Shown here: positions 39,601-47,326 of the stretch, in pieces
Numbering within the stretch: position 1 is the first letter of the stretch
Layout of the letters: the number at the start of each line of letters is the position of its first letter
IMG/VR virus record: IMGVR_UViG_3300020048_000033
Location: 85,156 to 143,203 of that record
Source: a virus
Lineage: Duplodnaviria > Heunggongvirae > Uroviricota > Caudoviricetes
Strand: one strand, 5' to 3'
Length of the DNA: 58,048 bases
The notes under the pieces: model-generated
What the model saw: only the letters and a program-made list of their open reading frames with translations
The model's database searches: none
Told to the model about the DNA's origin: nothing
Made by a program: the position numbers and the translations under genes

Positions 39601-41986
39601 TGTTTCTCAGAAAACGGATTATTTGGTTGGAGCTATCCCTACATCAAAGATTGTTAGTGCAACATCTAATATTTATAAACCTGAGGACTCTGCTTATACC
39701 TTAGTTTTGACTAATGAAATGGCACCTGTAAACAGAGATAAAGTAACCGGTCTTATTGAAAATCAAGATACCACAAAAGGTCAAGCAATCCTCTACAAAG
39801 GGATTGAACTTGTAGAAACTGGAGTAACGTATTCAATTGATTTTGGAGTATATACAACTCTTGGGATGACAATTGATTTACTCGGAAATTACATCGTAAC
39901 TTATTGGAATGATTCTCAAGAAAATCTTTCAGAAAAAGCAACGATAAAAATTAATGCATTAGTAAGTGGAAAAATAGTTTCATCTGCATCTGTTACCTAC
40001 CTTGAGTATGTTGTTACAGATACCTCGGCTATCGTTGACCTTTTCCCATCAACCACTTCTGATGAAAGTGATATGAATGATTTACTCCTTAGAGGTATAA
40101 GATATAATTCCGATGGTACTCTGTATGATTCTATTATTGAGGTAACTATCCCAGAAGTTAATTCTTACTCTTTTGTAAACTTCACTCAAGTGGCAGACCC
40201 AGTTACAAGTGAAGTAGATGGACGTAATTTCTTAACTTTCAAGTTAAGCGCACCCCTTACATATACTGGAAAAGATTGTACCATTTCTTTAGAAAATGGG
40301 ACGCTATCAGACATTATAACGTTCAAACAATTAATTGACTCCTCTTACTCTCTGTTCTTTACCAATGAGAACTTTGATATTGTAAAGGGAGATACCGAAA
40401 CCTCAATACTGTTTAGAGTGTACAAAGGAAAAATAAACGAAACCAACAAGGCAACAAATATCATTATTAAAGATAATAAAGGGGTGATTCCAACAAGTGT
40501 AACTCTTATCTCGAATAATTATTACAAGGCAACTTTCTTGAATAGTAGCTTTGTTACTACGCCCACAACCATTTCAGTAAAGGCATCAATTGGTGGAAGT
40601 ATACTTTCAAAAACTTTACCTGTTAGAAACCTTGTTGATGGATCACCCAAGATTTTATTTAATAACAATAATAATGTTGTTACTGAGAATATATCTGTAA
40701 GATTTTCAATAGTATCTTTAAGTTCTAATGAAGTTTCTATAAAAGGTATTTTTTCTCCAGTTATCTGTAAAGTCCCTAAATACATAAACTTTTTGAGTTT
40801 ACTTAAAAACGAAGGTCAGGTAATTGAATCGGGTACTCAATCTTTTATTCCCGTTAGTAGCCCCATAGTTCTGTCAGTAACTACTACAGATTTCATTCTC
40901 AGTGAAAGAATTATTACATCAAATGAAAATTTCAATGATAGAATTAATGATGGAAATTCTCATAACTTGGAGTTTAACTGGCTTACACGTTCTACAATTT
41001 CACAAGAGCCTCAGTTCATGAATGATACTTCTACTTATACTAAGTTGAGTTTAAGTCAAATAGGAAAATATACTCCTGATAGAGTGTTCTTTCCAAACGA
41101 TGGATATCCACAACCTGCTGTAACTATGAACAATGTTATTTATAACTCTGAAAATAATTATATGTATGAATCTAATTACTGGTTCAATGATAATCAAAAG
41201 CGTATCTACGAATGTGATAAAGACGGAAAGTATATTGTATATGGTCTTAAAAATGGAAGTCTTTCTAAAACTACTTTCGATTATGCAACACACTTCTCTT
41301 CTATCAAAGACTTGAGATTTAATCCTCATCAACCTGTTTATACGTCATGTAGTGAATGGTATAAATCAAAGTTCTATCTTGAAAAGAATGAGTCAAATCC
41401 TTATTGGCAGGTTATTAAGTTTGCTGATACATTCAATGTAGATACTCGTGACTTCGACCAGATAGTAAATATCTATTCGTATCAGAAAGGTACCGAGGAA
41501 ATGAAACTTCTTGTTCTTAATGAAGGGGAAAAGTTTTTGAATATTGCTAAGGCAGTAACTGCAACCCTTAATAATAATGAGTTGTCATTGAATAAGTTTG
41601 CAGAATATATAGACCATAAAAATGGAAAGTTGCAGTTCGTTCTTCAACAACCTGATGATACCTATAGAACGTCTTCACAGTTTATTAAATTCGGAATCTG
41701 GGCATCTAATCCGTTCTATGGAAATGAAGTGTTCACTGATAATACCGCAGTAATTAAATTGAGGTCAATTCTTAATTTAAGCTATATTGTAAATAGTACA
41801 GAGAACGTATCTAATCCCTTGGACAAGGATGCTGATATTGTTCAGGTAAGTGAATTAGGTATATTTGATGAAGACCATAACCTTATTGCTTACTCAACTT
41901 TTCCACCAATTGAGTACCACTCTAAAACTCAACACGCTAGTTTTATATGCTATATCAAAGATGGAACTTGTAGTGACATAACATAA
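30683..41986 (+). CDS. giant baseplate wedge (gp7-like) / tail-fibre attachment protein
   Basis: 3767 aa directly after the gp6-like gene; RRKFYGSKLGY near the N-terminus; C-terminal SELGIFDEDHNLIAYSTFPPIEY (tail-collar-fibre-like). Confidence 0.7.
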   Translation: MNLMEYFTSNSEFDLVKRVQITNETPVYNLFEGVNSVLRNDFWSWYLGTQSVDWDLVNGIYDSELEDTYFKSINGALSTSFGPKATQKNPNPTFHKMKLTGTLTPEFDLLLHEVYRYLDTLYPDHYDYTEILTPNELNSMISNASAIVDYSPNLKFFDLLSKSFGITSNGVIDKEALKLKIRDLKSNAFRRKFYGSKLGYKMFGSSVFNNISIFPLGTYLPLSPEDIINNTYQDLPPSSHNINVRSNLYKNKFKLIDWTGESRQVSSELDNNIYCKFYSVPCFDYQVFLLSENNGDLEEFNSINSNNYFVSDHFDLNDTVYIRNKTTSLVKSSKTITDTLISTYENSTRPLNFLTLSKRCPIKYTTSYLLGTWNDFFASLTPSDITLMRDTLADSFDTFVNIASRSLNVTATNSVEFLYRIFNRINDVNSDASIAKFKNFKSVSSPYNTGLLFVEPSTVLDMYTEGYSAHIIFSQNGDFLGYETDAPTISQNSTINIGDVISTSNFSEGFDEKHSLIKVSSLNLGEVYFTSNPVSSYLQDPSIGFNCPEVLESSSIYGALLLSQDGETRVFVQGELNLKVKTQSLYTVPNGGKFSITAIPENLTDELCKLIYPLPYNDIMEKLFEQQGLLLIDSRRVEAQAEIDKLNSELTFLKINRAKLIEVGNSETNEETFSIFTGCFIEKFYKIFGDFTEIVNSEGVYFWHEMITYYGALIDYIDFGTYSVLPIISYGSVATNTNNGFFAEVKTETITGQKFQYLDLIESYITKSNSFLLTEKTPGFLTETTKKQFSYTSIGNNSTISDIVSYDIEIEGTVVDSDDERVTIKFSTEASIHDMQSLTIGDKLFGAGVKAGTYVIDIGDDFITVSDKLLKDGDILFTFTVSFSCAGKDLSDEFDFYRTQLKDTGLLKLANPFENGVWPSAEWPRVSSSFVEGLVDVSLFNIYEPTFYRVMKGTHSKELSYNGVSPSNYLIPSTIKFNNDLFAEINLNRTIPLENRMGSKLNLCNVEFIDYITNSLSDISRGTDIVNCGTQLSMQTDISGYFTQVAGQTYTDPSIKLYFQTFNSEDGLKIPSYAQIGSNGNGRYNWFKSSDDNVSPMVYGGSFFDGQIDGLENKYTDLITNKGIFSKRSVWASRTETELGAKDNSLNEMRYVEKALFEIALGEYDIQYSFAEESNLSNKTHTIQCNFYRQKYDNLKFIIESSEKEAIKLISNKFENLNILTEINKSSIIEDTTGVQPYKLGINNLNKFYLNEIVYCGVWEPTVYNNSVVYPTIEQNYIDNIDTTLFYFTVENGKTLNFNNGLTTLKIENNSLLIFTKNALGGFYWKPTNFVLGGSNYPTAIQSDTVQAKDSFNIMCKNISGNYFVDSSSTVVIDTVDLFKSNFSTYSQDITNLFDESKCYVYVCLFDGLDKNGGTAYDTSKSTVFSAGSYIAVIYDKYCDQLRFFKLNTNTRFVSSLQFDMPPKMSITEFRFLTGANTQFSNTNIRSKVSNSVASIELPKPFLTNGSVDIKVIVDGGFISKGYRLVNSQVDESNIVYFNISNSAIYYDSVLGYFYVQSFEYKSVEGTYVKFGTTLENFYIYFSDPSYFKNTLKNYGTYKLEKTQTSGSSLVDYSPVVSQIEGFTSLFDKLSNEDVILQVKEVITRSFYNALYNNIGFDTHTKLSVDVSSVNSDFTQFIVVPSSTDTLSQIDLKTKINNLWPSSVVDNESTLVFDKEVEIDSDGVEIISDILLRNFGVEETYKCPKLSNVIGNVSSDSITQETTDTSSMEIVENKFFKNNLVMLASVNPESPNKLVSYGNENIFAKVLSTIQANDSVEAIVSLSSNLENSKTISISLRNASFAPTGIYPLPTYIAFNGTTFVAGTNDGYVYYKNGIDSLASLASEIILDISPVRIGSGNPISPATYGSTNSSLQVIDWDDDESKWFFSYDLKNGSEEITVMYESTSLLSFNSAYSETEVVSLPTDFNINNYASNQSINASTGLTLPENVLVEDWVAHPTNPVDAQNGAVAKKSFYRVNKLTGDKVLIRGKYIFFKSYTKTTTGELTSKKYWKKAVLSREYNITKIWLEQQGDNELRYERVVQALTGMREILLEQYNYVNANVVNAEVKATTISAYNFINSMSIATYENFIVALALPAGVSYSNIYKVRIPETTTDSNYRLVTNSTFASFSNTVVTTDINIVAKPFSYKYSDYIPEGSPDGIADTQSAYLDYLSDISSYILNDSHKQEIISGYIDSVTLTNSFLILKTTFDTVSYFPISSSYSVSDIENHENWITAQAINSDVIYNSISSPVNLYAISSTGKLVVLGTDVQNNEKHIYEINSFATSEDTKVMAGYWRKKSEITAYEGTSVVEDSNLVTRKKYIPAYNSLTDINYPCILVSKDDENFQPAFFGISVSNPTKEYSIGVGFAGYKVNKVIYENGEYRAFLSNFAGVPYNNYLRAFSDNLNNWDWVTPSSSEYVTQFTNSKIIQFSDDGTIPSSVVFNPALVDGSGNVTVVGNKKFSLTSAYALLGSDIKVKSVNDSSIILDQNLMLTARGKGNINVLLSVKTMESIVNQADYLDTNLLSECINSKGNFKVATISEVPSFYNADKVYQYREMLSTEDHEEKVLVPFVAVDGSVTQIVTTQSFIAQIYDDTYSYGYPSVAEDVSDMSFYDYTSYIDINNDLAYTVKPLTNSKGNNIILCNENGEVLVNREVQDMGKKVISFYEEFTNNSSVLTYALFAGSLKYSSVNEASKYGVKIKNNALTYLFNELNLSITQMNNDLNNPFMKIKSSNTLLPAITEFLYSFDSENIAKYISDYRILDINTYTYDSDGNITNTITVPVEDQYENLNGFIYDSINNRFNFKGKINLTSSVTVPYVFFGTDVKVSYNPSIKTNSSGVLTLNDSLSGIYMNNLGYGGNSTNLDETFSTLPWSIDTDAFLEMDLYNSFGEPVYLVSKYGEKINHDEGTLFVNPNSGSVPVTYEDMKYSTKTIVVSQKTDYLVGAIPTSKIVSATSNIYKPEDSAYTLVLTNEMAPVNRDKVTGLIENQDTTKGQAILYKGIELVETGVTYSIDFGVYTTLGMTIDLLGNYIVTYWNDSQENLSEKATIKINALVSGKIVSSASVTYLEYVVTDTSAIVDLFPSTTSDESDMNDLLLRGIRYNSDGTLYDSIIEVTIPEVNSYSFVNFTQVADPVTSEVDGRNFLTFKLSAPLTYTGKDCTISLENGTLSDIITFKQLIDSSYSLFFTNENFDIVKGDTETSILFRVYKGKINETNKATNIIIKDNKGVIPTSVTLISNNYYKATFLNSSFVTTPTTISVKASIGGSILSKTLPVRNLVDGSPKILFNNNNNVVTENISVRFSIVSLSSNEVSIKGIFSPVICKVPKYINFLSLLKNEGQVIESGTQSFIPVSSPIVLSVTTTDFILSERIITSNENFNDRINDGNSHNLEFNWLTRSTISQEPQFMNDTSTYTKLSLSQIGKYTPDRVFFPNDGYPQPAVTMNNVIYNSENNYMYESNYWFNDNQKRIYECDKDGKYIVYGLKNGSLSKTTFDYATHFSSIKDLRFNPHQPVYTSCSEWYKSKFYLEKNESNPYWQVIKFADTFNVDTRDFDQIVNIYSYQKGTEEMKLLVLNEGEKFLNIAKAVTATLNNNELSLNKFAEYIDHKNGKLQFVLQQPDDTYRTSSQFIKFGIWASNPFYGNEVFTDNTAVIKLRSILNLSYIVNSTENVSNPLDKDADIVQVSELGIFDEDHNLIAYSTFPPIEYHSKTQHASFICYIKDGTCSDIT

Positions 41987-42005
41987 ACTATCCATTTAAA
42001 ATTAA

Positions 42006-42033
42006 AAGACCCTCATACCGAGGGTCTTAGTTT
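42006..42033. terminator. probably bidirectional terminator between convergent genes
   Basis: AAGACCCTC-ATACC-GAGGGTCTT with flanking A and T runs. Confidence 0.8.
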
Positions 42034-42055
42034 TATAGTAGTTACTTTTTAATAT

Positions 42056-43912
42056 TTATCCAACTATTGTCCAACCTTTATCAGTTGCAATTAATCTATC
42101 TCCTGCGGTTAATAAGCTTGCACCGTAATTTCCAGTAATCGTAATAGTTTGTGCAGTAACGGGAGAAAACAAATTATTAAAAATATCTACCAATGCACTC
42201 TTACTTAAATTACAACTTTCATATGAAATTGTTGTTTTCGTGTTTAGTAAAGTTGCTTTCCCTAATGCAGAACAATTATAAAGCATTTGAGAAAAGATTG
42301 TTCCTAAATTTGTATTAAGAAGTGGAATCGTTTGTAAGGCAGTACAGCTCTGAAACATCTGAGAAAAGTTTGTTCCTAAACTGGTATTGAGAAGTGGAAT
42401 CGTTTGTAAGGCAGTACAACCATAAAACATCTGAGAAAAATTTGTACCCTTGCTTGTATCGAGAAGAGGAATGATTTGTAAGGCAGTACAATATAAAAAC
42501 ATAGAAGAAAAGTTTATACCTAAACTTGTATCAAGAAGTGGAACCATTTGTAAGAAAGTACAACCATAAAACATCTGAGAAAAGTTTGTACCTTTACTTG
42601 TATCAAGAAGTGGAACCGTTTGTAAGGACTTACAACCATAAAACATCTGAGAAAAGTCGGTACCTAAACTTGTATTGAGAAGTGGAACCGTTTGCAATAT
42701 AGTACAAGTATAAAACATCTGATAAAAGTTTGTACCTAAACTGGTATTAATAAGTGGAATTGTTTGCAATATAGTACAAGTATGAAACATAGAAGAAAAG
42801 TTTATACCTAAACTGGTATTTAGAAGTGGAATCGTTTGTAAGGAAGTACAACCATTAAACATAGCAGAAAAGGTTGTACCTAAACTTGTATCAAGAAGTG
42901 GAATCGTTTGTAAGGCAGTACAACTACTAAACATAGAAGAAAAGTTTGTGCCTAAACTTGTATCAAAAAGTGGAATCGTTTGTAATGAATTACAACTATA
43001 AAACATAGAAGTAAAGTTTTCACCTACACAGGTATCAAGAAGTGGAATAGTTTGTAAGGAACTACAATTCTGAAACATATTAGAAAAGCTTGTACCTTTA
43101 CCTGTATCAAGAGGTGGAATCGTTTGTAATGCAGTACAAGTATTAAACATAGCAGAAAAGTTTGTACCTAAACTTGTATTTAGAAGTGGAATAGTTTGTA
43201 AGGAAGGACAAGTATTAAACATATTAGAGAAGGTTGTACCTAAACTTGTATCAAAAAGTGGAATTTTTTGTAATGCTTTACAATTATAAAACATATAAGA
43301 AAAGTTTGTAATATTATTTAATCCTAAACTAAAAGATTCTAACAACTTTAATTGTTGTACATTAAATAGAGTAATTAAACTTCCATTTCCTGAAATATCC
43401 AAGAAAGAAGTATTTTTACTAGGTGCGGATGTATGAACAACACTAAAGTCTACAGAAGTCAAATTAAAAGTTGCTTGAGGTGTAATCGTAATTAAAACTT
43501 GCTTGTAACCTTGAGTTGAAAAATTTCCACAAGATGAATAATCATATTTATGTTCAGCTTTCACACCAGCTACGAAGTTTTCGGAAACTCCATCACCCCA
43601 GTCTACGGAATAATTTCCTGAGATTGTAAAGGCTACGAAATTTGAGTCATGGTCATAAATTGGATAGAGACCAATAACCTTTTGTTCAGATTCTAGAATT
43701 GCAGGAATTGTCAACCAATCAGCAGGTCTTTGGTAACTATTATAAACTTCCAACCAATCCGCTTCGCTCCATTCTTTTGAGGCTGTTCCGTCATCATATT
43801 TCATGCTGGAGGTATAATCTCTAAAAGGGACAGAGGTACTTAAACCCAGTTTAATTCTTTGTTGTTCTTTTGTTTCCTGTAAATAATTCAATTTGTTCAG
43901 TAGTTCGCTCAT
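42056..43912 (-). CDS. BspA/DUF285-like leucine-rich-repeat protein with PKD-like N-terminal region; likely receptor-binding or tail-associated
   Basis: RPADWL, VDWGDG..HKY, then 14 x 24-aa PLLDTSLGTNFSxMFxxCxxLQTI. Confidence 0.8.
   Translation of the reverse strand: MSELLNKLNYLQETKEQQRIKLGLSTSVPFRDYTSSMKYDDGTASKEWSEADWLEVYNSYQRPADWLTIPAILESEQKVIGLYPIYDHDSNFVAFTISGNYSVDWGDGVSENFVAGVKAEHKYDYSSCGNFSTQGYKQVLITITPQATFNLTSVDFSVVHTSAPSKNTSFLDISGNGSLITLFNVQQLKLLESFSLGLNNITNFSYMFYNCKALQKIPLFDTSLGTTFSNMFNTCPSLQTIPLLNTSLGTNFSAMFNTCTALQTIPPLDTGKGTSFSNMFQNCSSLQTIPLLDTCVGENFTSMFYSCNSLQTIPLFDTSLGTNFSSMFSSCTALQTIPLLDTSLGTTFSAMFNGCTSLQTIPLLNTSLGINFSSMFHTCTILQTIPLINTSLGTNFYQMFYTCTILQTVPLLNTSLGTDFSQMFYGCKSLQTVPLLDTSKGTNFSQMFYGCTFLQMVPLLDTSLGINFSSMFLYCTALQIIPLLDTSKGTNFSQMFYGCTALQTIPLLNTSLGTNFSQMFQSCTALQTIPLLNTNLGTIFSQMLYNCSALGKATLLNTKTTISYESCNLSKSALVDIFNNLFSPVTAQTITITGNYGASLLTAGDRLIATDKGWTIVG
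42254..43261 (-). repeat. 14 tandem 72-bp in-frame repeats (24-aa LRR)
   Basis: AGAAGTGGAA recurs every 72 nt (e.g. 42318, 42390); the translation gives 14 full units plus a partial one. Confidence 0.95.
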
Positions 43913-43924
43913 TTGTATCTTCCT

Positions 43925-44344
43925 TTATATTTTTTTCTCAATTGTTGCATCTAAGAACAGTTTTGCTTCTTCTACAGAATCGAATACTGTAAAAAAACTT
44001 AATAATCCTAGAATTTTAAATATATCATTTACTTTTGGTTGTAAGTTAACTAATACAACACTTCCATCTTTAGGTCTAAGCACATTAATCAATACGGTAA
44101 ACAAACCTATCCCTGTTGAAGATAAATAGTTTAATGATGTGCAGTTAAAAATAAAGTGTAAGTTACCTTCTTCTATCAGAGACATTGCATATTTCTGAAA
44201 GAAACTTGAATTATAGGTATCAATATATCCATCTAAGTTTACTTCAATCCCCTTATCAATGTCTTTAATTGGCTGTGTACTTAGAGTTAATCCACTATAG
44301 GTCTTCGGCGGTTTTAATGCCTTTCGTCTCTCATTTATGTTCAT
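43925..44344 (-). CDS. anti-sigma factor antagonist (STAS, SpoIIAA/RsbV-like)
   Basis: LDGYIDTYNS...FNCTSLNYLSSTGIG...LVNLQPKVNDIFKILGL. Confidence 0.9.
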   Translation of the reverse strand: MNINERRKALKPPKTYSGLTLSTQPIKDIDKGIEVNLDGYIDTYNSSFFQKYAMSLIEEGNLHFIFNCTSLNYLSSTGIGLFTVLINVLRPKDGSVVLVNLQPKVNDIFKILGLLSFFTVFDSVEEAKLFLDATIEKKI

Positions 44345-44496
44345 TTTTATCTCCCAAATAGTCTCAAAAGTACTAGATTCCCTAACACTTACTCTTGTAA
44401 TTAGTAGACTATTTTAATAACTCTTTATATATCAAACCCCCTACCAGTGAACTTAAGTTTCAAGAATTTTTGTTAATATACCTATAGGAGAAAACT

Positions 44497-44823
44497 ATGG
44501 AAATACCCAAGCTAAAGGGTGATATTTGGAAGAATGGATTTGTTACCAAACTAGCCATATTAGATCACTGTAATGAATTAATAATTATAGATAAAAGAGT
44601 TAAAGAGTTAAAGAATAGCCTGACTCCTCCAGCTCAGTACTTATCAGAAAAAGGTAATCTCTCAAATACCATTGAACAGCAAAACTTAATCGAAAACTTT
44701 GAGTCTGAACTTGCAGATTTATTGTTAATCTTATCCAATCATTTCACCCACAAGATTAATGGAGATAGCTTAATTAGTCAAAGACTTGGTGTTTTTGAGA
44801 GTAATATTGGGGAGGAAATTTAA
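44497..44823 (+). CDS. hypothetical protein, possibly MazG-like helical domain
   Basis: ESELADLLLIL resembles the MazG EElaD motif; weak. Confidence 0.45.
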   Translation: MEIPKLKGDIWKNGFVTKLAILDHCNELIIIDKRVKELKNSLTPPAQYLSEKGNLSNTIEQQNLIENFESELADLLLILSNHFTHKINGDSLISQRLGVFESNIGEEI

Positions 44824-44824
44824 A

Positions 44825-45013
44825 ATGGGGAACTTGAAAAAGAATGAATCAATTAAGCCTAAAAACTTAAATCTTAAAGAAGAGTTTGAGTACATAGAAA
44901 ATCATTTCAAGAATATATCCAAAGAACAACTCTACAAGGATTTGGTAGAGTGCGGTCTAAATACCCAATTGGCAAATATATTGGTATCTGGGGAAGAAAC
45001 CCAAAAATGTTAA
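44825..45013 (+). CDS. hypothetical protein
   Basis: ATG 44825 follows GGGGAGG. Confidence 0.6.
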   Translation: MGNLKKNESIKPKNLNLKEEFEYIENHFKNISKEQLYKDLVECGLNTQLANILVSGEETQKC

Positions 45014-45045
45014 TATATATAAGTAAACTACGGAGGTATAAGTAA

Positions 45046-46206
45046 ATGAGTTGGACAGTTGAAAAGAGACCTACACTTCTCTCAGATATGTATGGTTGTG
45101 ATAATGTAAAGACCTATTTTTATAATAGGGTAAAAGACAAAAAAGATTTTCCTACAGCTACAATGCTTTCAGGTCAGTATGGTGGTGGTAAAACTACTAC
45201 GGCTAAAATAATTGCTAAGATGATGACTTGTAAGAACACTACGGAAACAGGCGACCCTTGTAATGAATGTATTGATTGCATAGCAGTTGATAAAGAAACG
45301 TGGTCAAGAGATGTTATGATGATTGATGGTGGTTCCTCAGGAAAAGCTGACCTTATCGATAGAATTCAAGAGTTTACAATGTCACCTCCAATAAGAGGTA
45401 AACGTAAAGTAACCATTGTAGAAGAAGTACAAGAGCTTAGTACAGCGGCAAAGAACTCCCTACTTAAAGCTTTGGAAACCCCAAGAAAGAATATACACTA
45501 TATTTTCTTGACAATGGATAATCCTACAGCTTCAGGATTTCTTTCTCGGTGTACACCTTTCAAGTTTAAGTTTGTTCCAGTAGTAGACCTTATGAAATAT
45601 ATGGCAGTAATTCTTATGGAAGAAAAACTTTGGAAAGAATTGCCACAAGAATTTAAGACAGAGGGGCTTTTAACTCTTGCTCAGAATGCTCAGGGTTCTA
45701 TTCGTCAATCACTACAATTTCTTGAACTTTGTGTAGACCTTAAATGTTATACAAAGAAAGACATTGAAGAACAGACAGGTATGTACAGTGAATCGTCCTT
45801 TATGGAAATTCTCCAAAAAATACTTAATGGTGAAAACTCTGAGCAACTATTTGAAGCAGTTATGAATCCAACAGATTATAATGCAACTTTTAATCTTATG
45901 TTGAAAGTAGTTAGTGATGCAATTTCCTATCGTACTTTTGGTATGGTACCGGGCGATAATGCATATTTTCTTGGACAGGCAAGACAACTTGCAGAACATA
46001 AAAATTTTGAGTTGGTTAAAAATACGCTAATTGACCTTCAGAGAACCTCAAACTCTTTCTTAAAGAAAGCTGTTTATATGTGTACTATTGCGGATCTCGT
46101 ATTTAAGTGTAGAGGTGTTGTACCAAGCGGGGTTACACATATTGTAGAAACTGCTCCTGTTGTTTCTGCTCCTTTACCTACCCGAACCCTTCCGGTGAGG
46201 AAATAA
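45046..46206 (+). CDS. dnaX: DNA polymerase III gamma/tau-like clamp-loader ATPase
   Basis: KRP, GQYGGGKTT (Walker A), PCNECIDC Zn module, IVEEVQEL (Walker B), LLKALE, SRC. Confidence 0.9.
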   Translation: MSWTVEKRPTLLSDMYGCDNVKTYFYNRVKDKKDFPTATMLSGQYGGGKTTTAKIIAKMMTCKNTTETGDPCNECIDCIAVDKETWSRDVMMIDGGSSGKADLIDRIQEFTMSPPIRGKRKVTIVEEVQELSTAAKNSLLKALETPRKNIHYIFLTMDNPTASGFLSRCTPFKFKFVPVVDLMKYMAVILMEEKLWKELPQEFKTEGLLTLAQNAQGSIRQSLQFLELCVDLKCYTKKDIEEQTGMYSESSFMEILQKILNGENSEQLFEAVMNPTDYNATFNLMLKVVSDAISYRTFGMVPGDNAYFLGQARQLAEHKNFELVKNTLIDLQRTSNSFLKKAVYMCTIADLVFKCRGVVPSGVTHIVETAPVVSAPLPTRTLPVRK

Positions 46207-46487
46207 TGGATAGTAATATGATATCCCAGATGTTAAATCCCGTCAGTGTTACCATAGAAAAAATGTTTTCAAATGAGCTATCAGGTTCAAAATGGAAAAC
46301 CCTAAAGAGTACTGATGTGGTATTCCTGTACCACAAGTATGCGGATGAAGTAATAACTGAATACGAAAAGAGACATAAACTAAGTCCACCTATGAGAGCC
46401 TTGAATGCAAGAATAATAAAAAAATTGGAAAAAACATTTTCTGTTATTGATCAAATAACTTATTTAAGTGAAAGGATGTTAGGGTGA
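46206..46487 (+). CDS. hypothetical protein
   Basis: 93 aa, coupled to dnaX. Confidence 0.7.
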   Translation: MDSNMISQMLNPVSVTIEKMFSNELSGSKWKTLKSTDVVFLYHKYADEVITEYEKRHKLSPPMRALNARIIKKLEKTFSVIDQITYLSERMLG

Positions 46488-47017
46488 TTAATCAAACTTT
46501 TGATGAGTTTATGAAAGATATCTATGGATTGAAAAATCTTGAAAGATATCAAACTGCTGTAAGACTAAAATCAGAAAGTGTAGCAGAGCACAGTTTTTTT
46601 GTTTCTGCTCTTGTATTGAAGCTCCATGACTTATATGAGTTCGACCTTTTAAAAGCCTTAAAGATGGCTATCACTCATGATTATACTGAACTGTATCTTT
46701 CAGACGTTCCAAGCCCTGTAAAGAATCGTTTCCCAAAGATACGAGAAGCTATGGAAGAAGCTGAGCAGATTGTAGCATTAGAAAAGTTGGGTACAGAATA
46801 TGCTGAATTGATGGAAGAGTTTAATAGTAATTCTTCTCCTGAGGGTGTAGTTTGTGCTTATGCTGATATTTGTTCGTGTATTCAATACGCAACTTTAGAA
46901 GTTGAACTTGGCAATAAGGATTATATGTCCTATGTATTAGCTAACTCTAAAGTACGAGTAGAGAAAATGAGAACAGCTCTGAATGCGTTTTCTCGTAATC
47001 AACTTAATAAGGGGTAA
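46484..47017 (+). CDS. HD-domain 5'-deoxynucleotidase (YfbR-like)
   Basis: RY....ESVAEHSFFVS...HDYTELYLSDVPSPVK...AD. Confidence 0.88.
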   Translation: MINQTFDEFMKDIYGLKNLERYQTAVRLKSESVAEHSFFVSALVLKLHDLYEFDLLKALKMAITHDYTELYLSDVPSPVKNRFPKIREAMEEAEQIVALEKLGTEYAELMEEFNSNSSPEGVVCAYADICSCIQYATLEVELGNKDYMSYVLANSKVRVEKMRTALNAFSRNQLNKG

Positions 47018-47020
47018 ACT

Positions 47021-47323
47021 ATGAATCTAGCTACTATTGCATTTATTATTTCAAAGGACTTTAACTTTGAAATTACCCTTGTTGAGGATGGTTTCAAGCT
47101 AATAAATTATGGAAAAATGGTGTACATAAATCTGGTTAAAGTAAATGATCATCAGTTTTATTTGCAACAATTCACTGAAACAGAGGTTAGCCCAAAAACT
47201 TATCTAGTATATTCCGATGCGATATTAAGTGAAATAGCAGTAATTAATATCTTTATTGAGTTTTTAGATCAGTTACAAAACTGGACACTTAAAAAAATTT
47301 TAGAAATAAGGACAAGGTATTAG
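47021..47323 (+). CDS. hypothetical protein
   Basis: 100 aa, within the operon. Confidence 0.7.
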   Translation: MNLATIAFIISKDFNFEITLVEDGFKLINYGKMVYINLVKVNDHQFYLQQFTETEVSPKTYLVYSDAILSEIAVINIFIEFLDQLQNWTLKKILEIRTRY

Positions 47324-47326
47324 CGA

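Noticed and set aside
42254-43261. CRISPR array or DGR
   Set aside because: The repeats are in-frame coding units without unique spacers; no reverse transcriptase or separate template repeat in the window.
44450-44459. Palindrome AACTTAAGTT
   Set aside because: Single copy of 10 bp; likely chance in AT-rich DNA.
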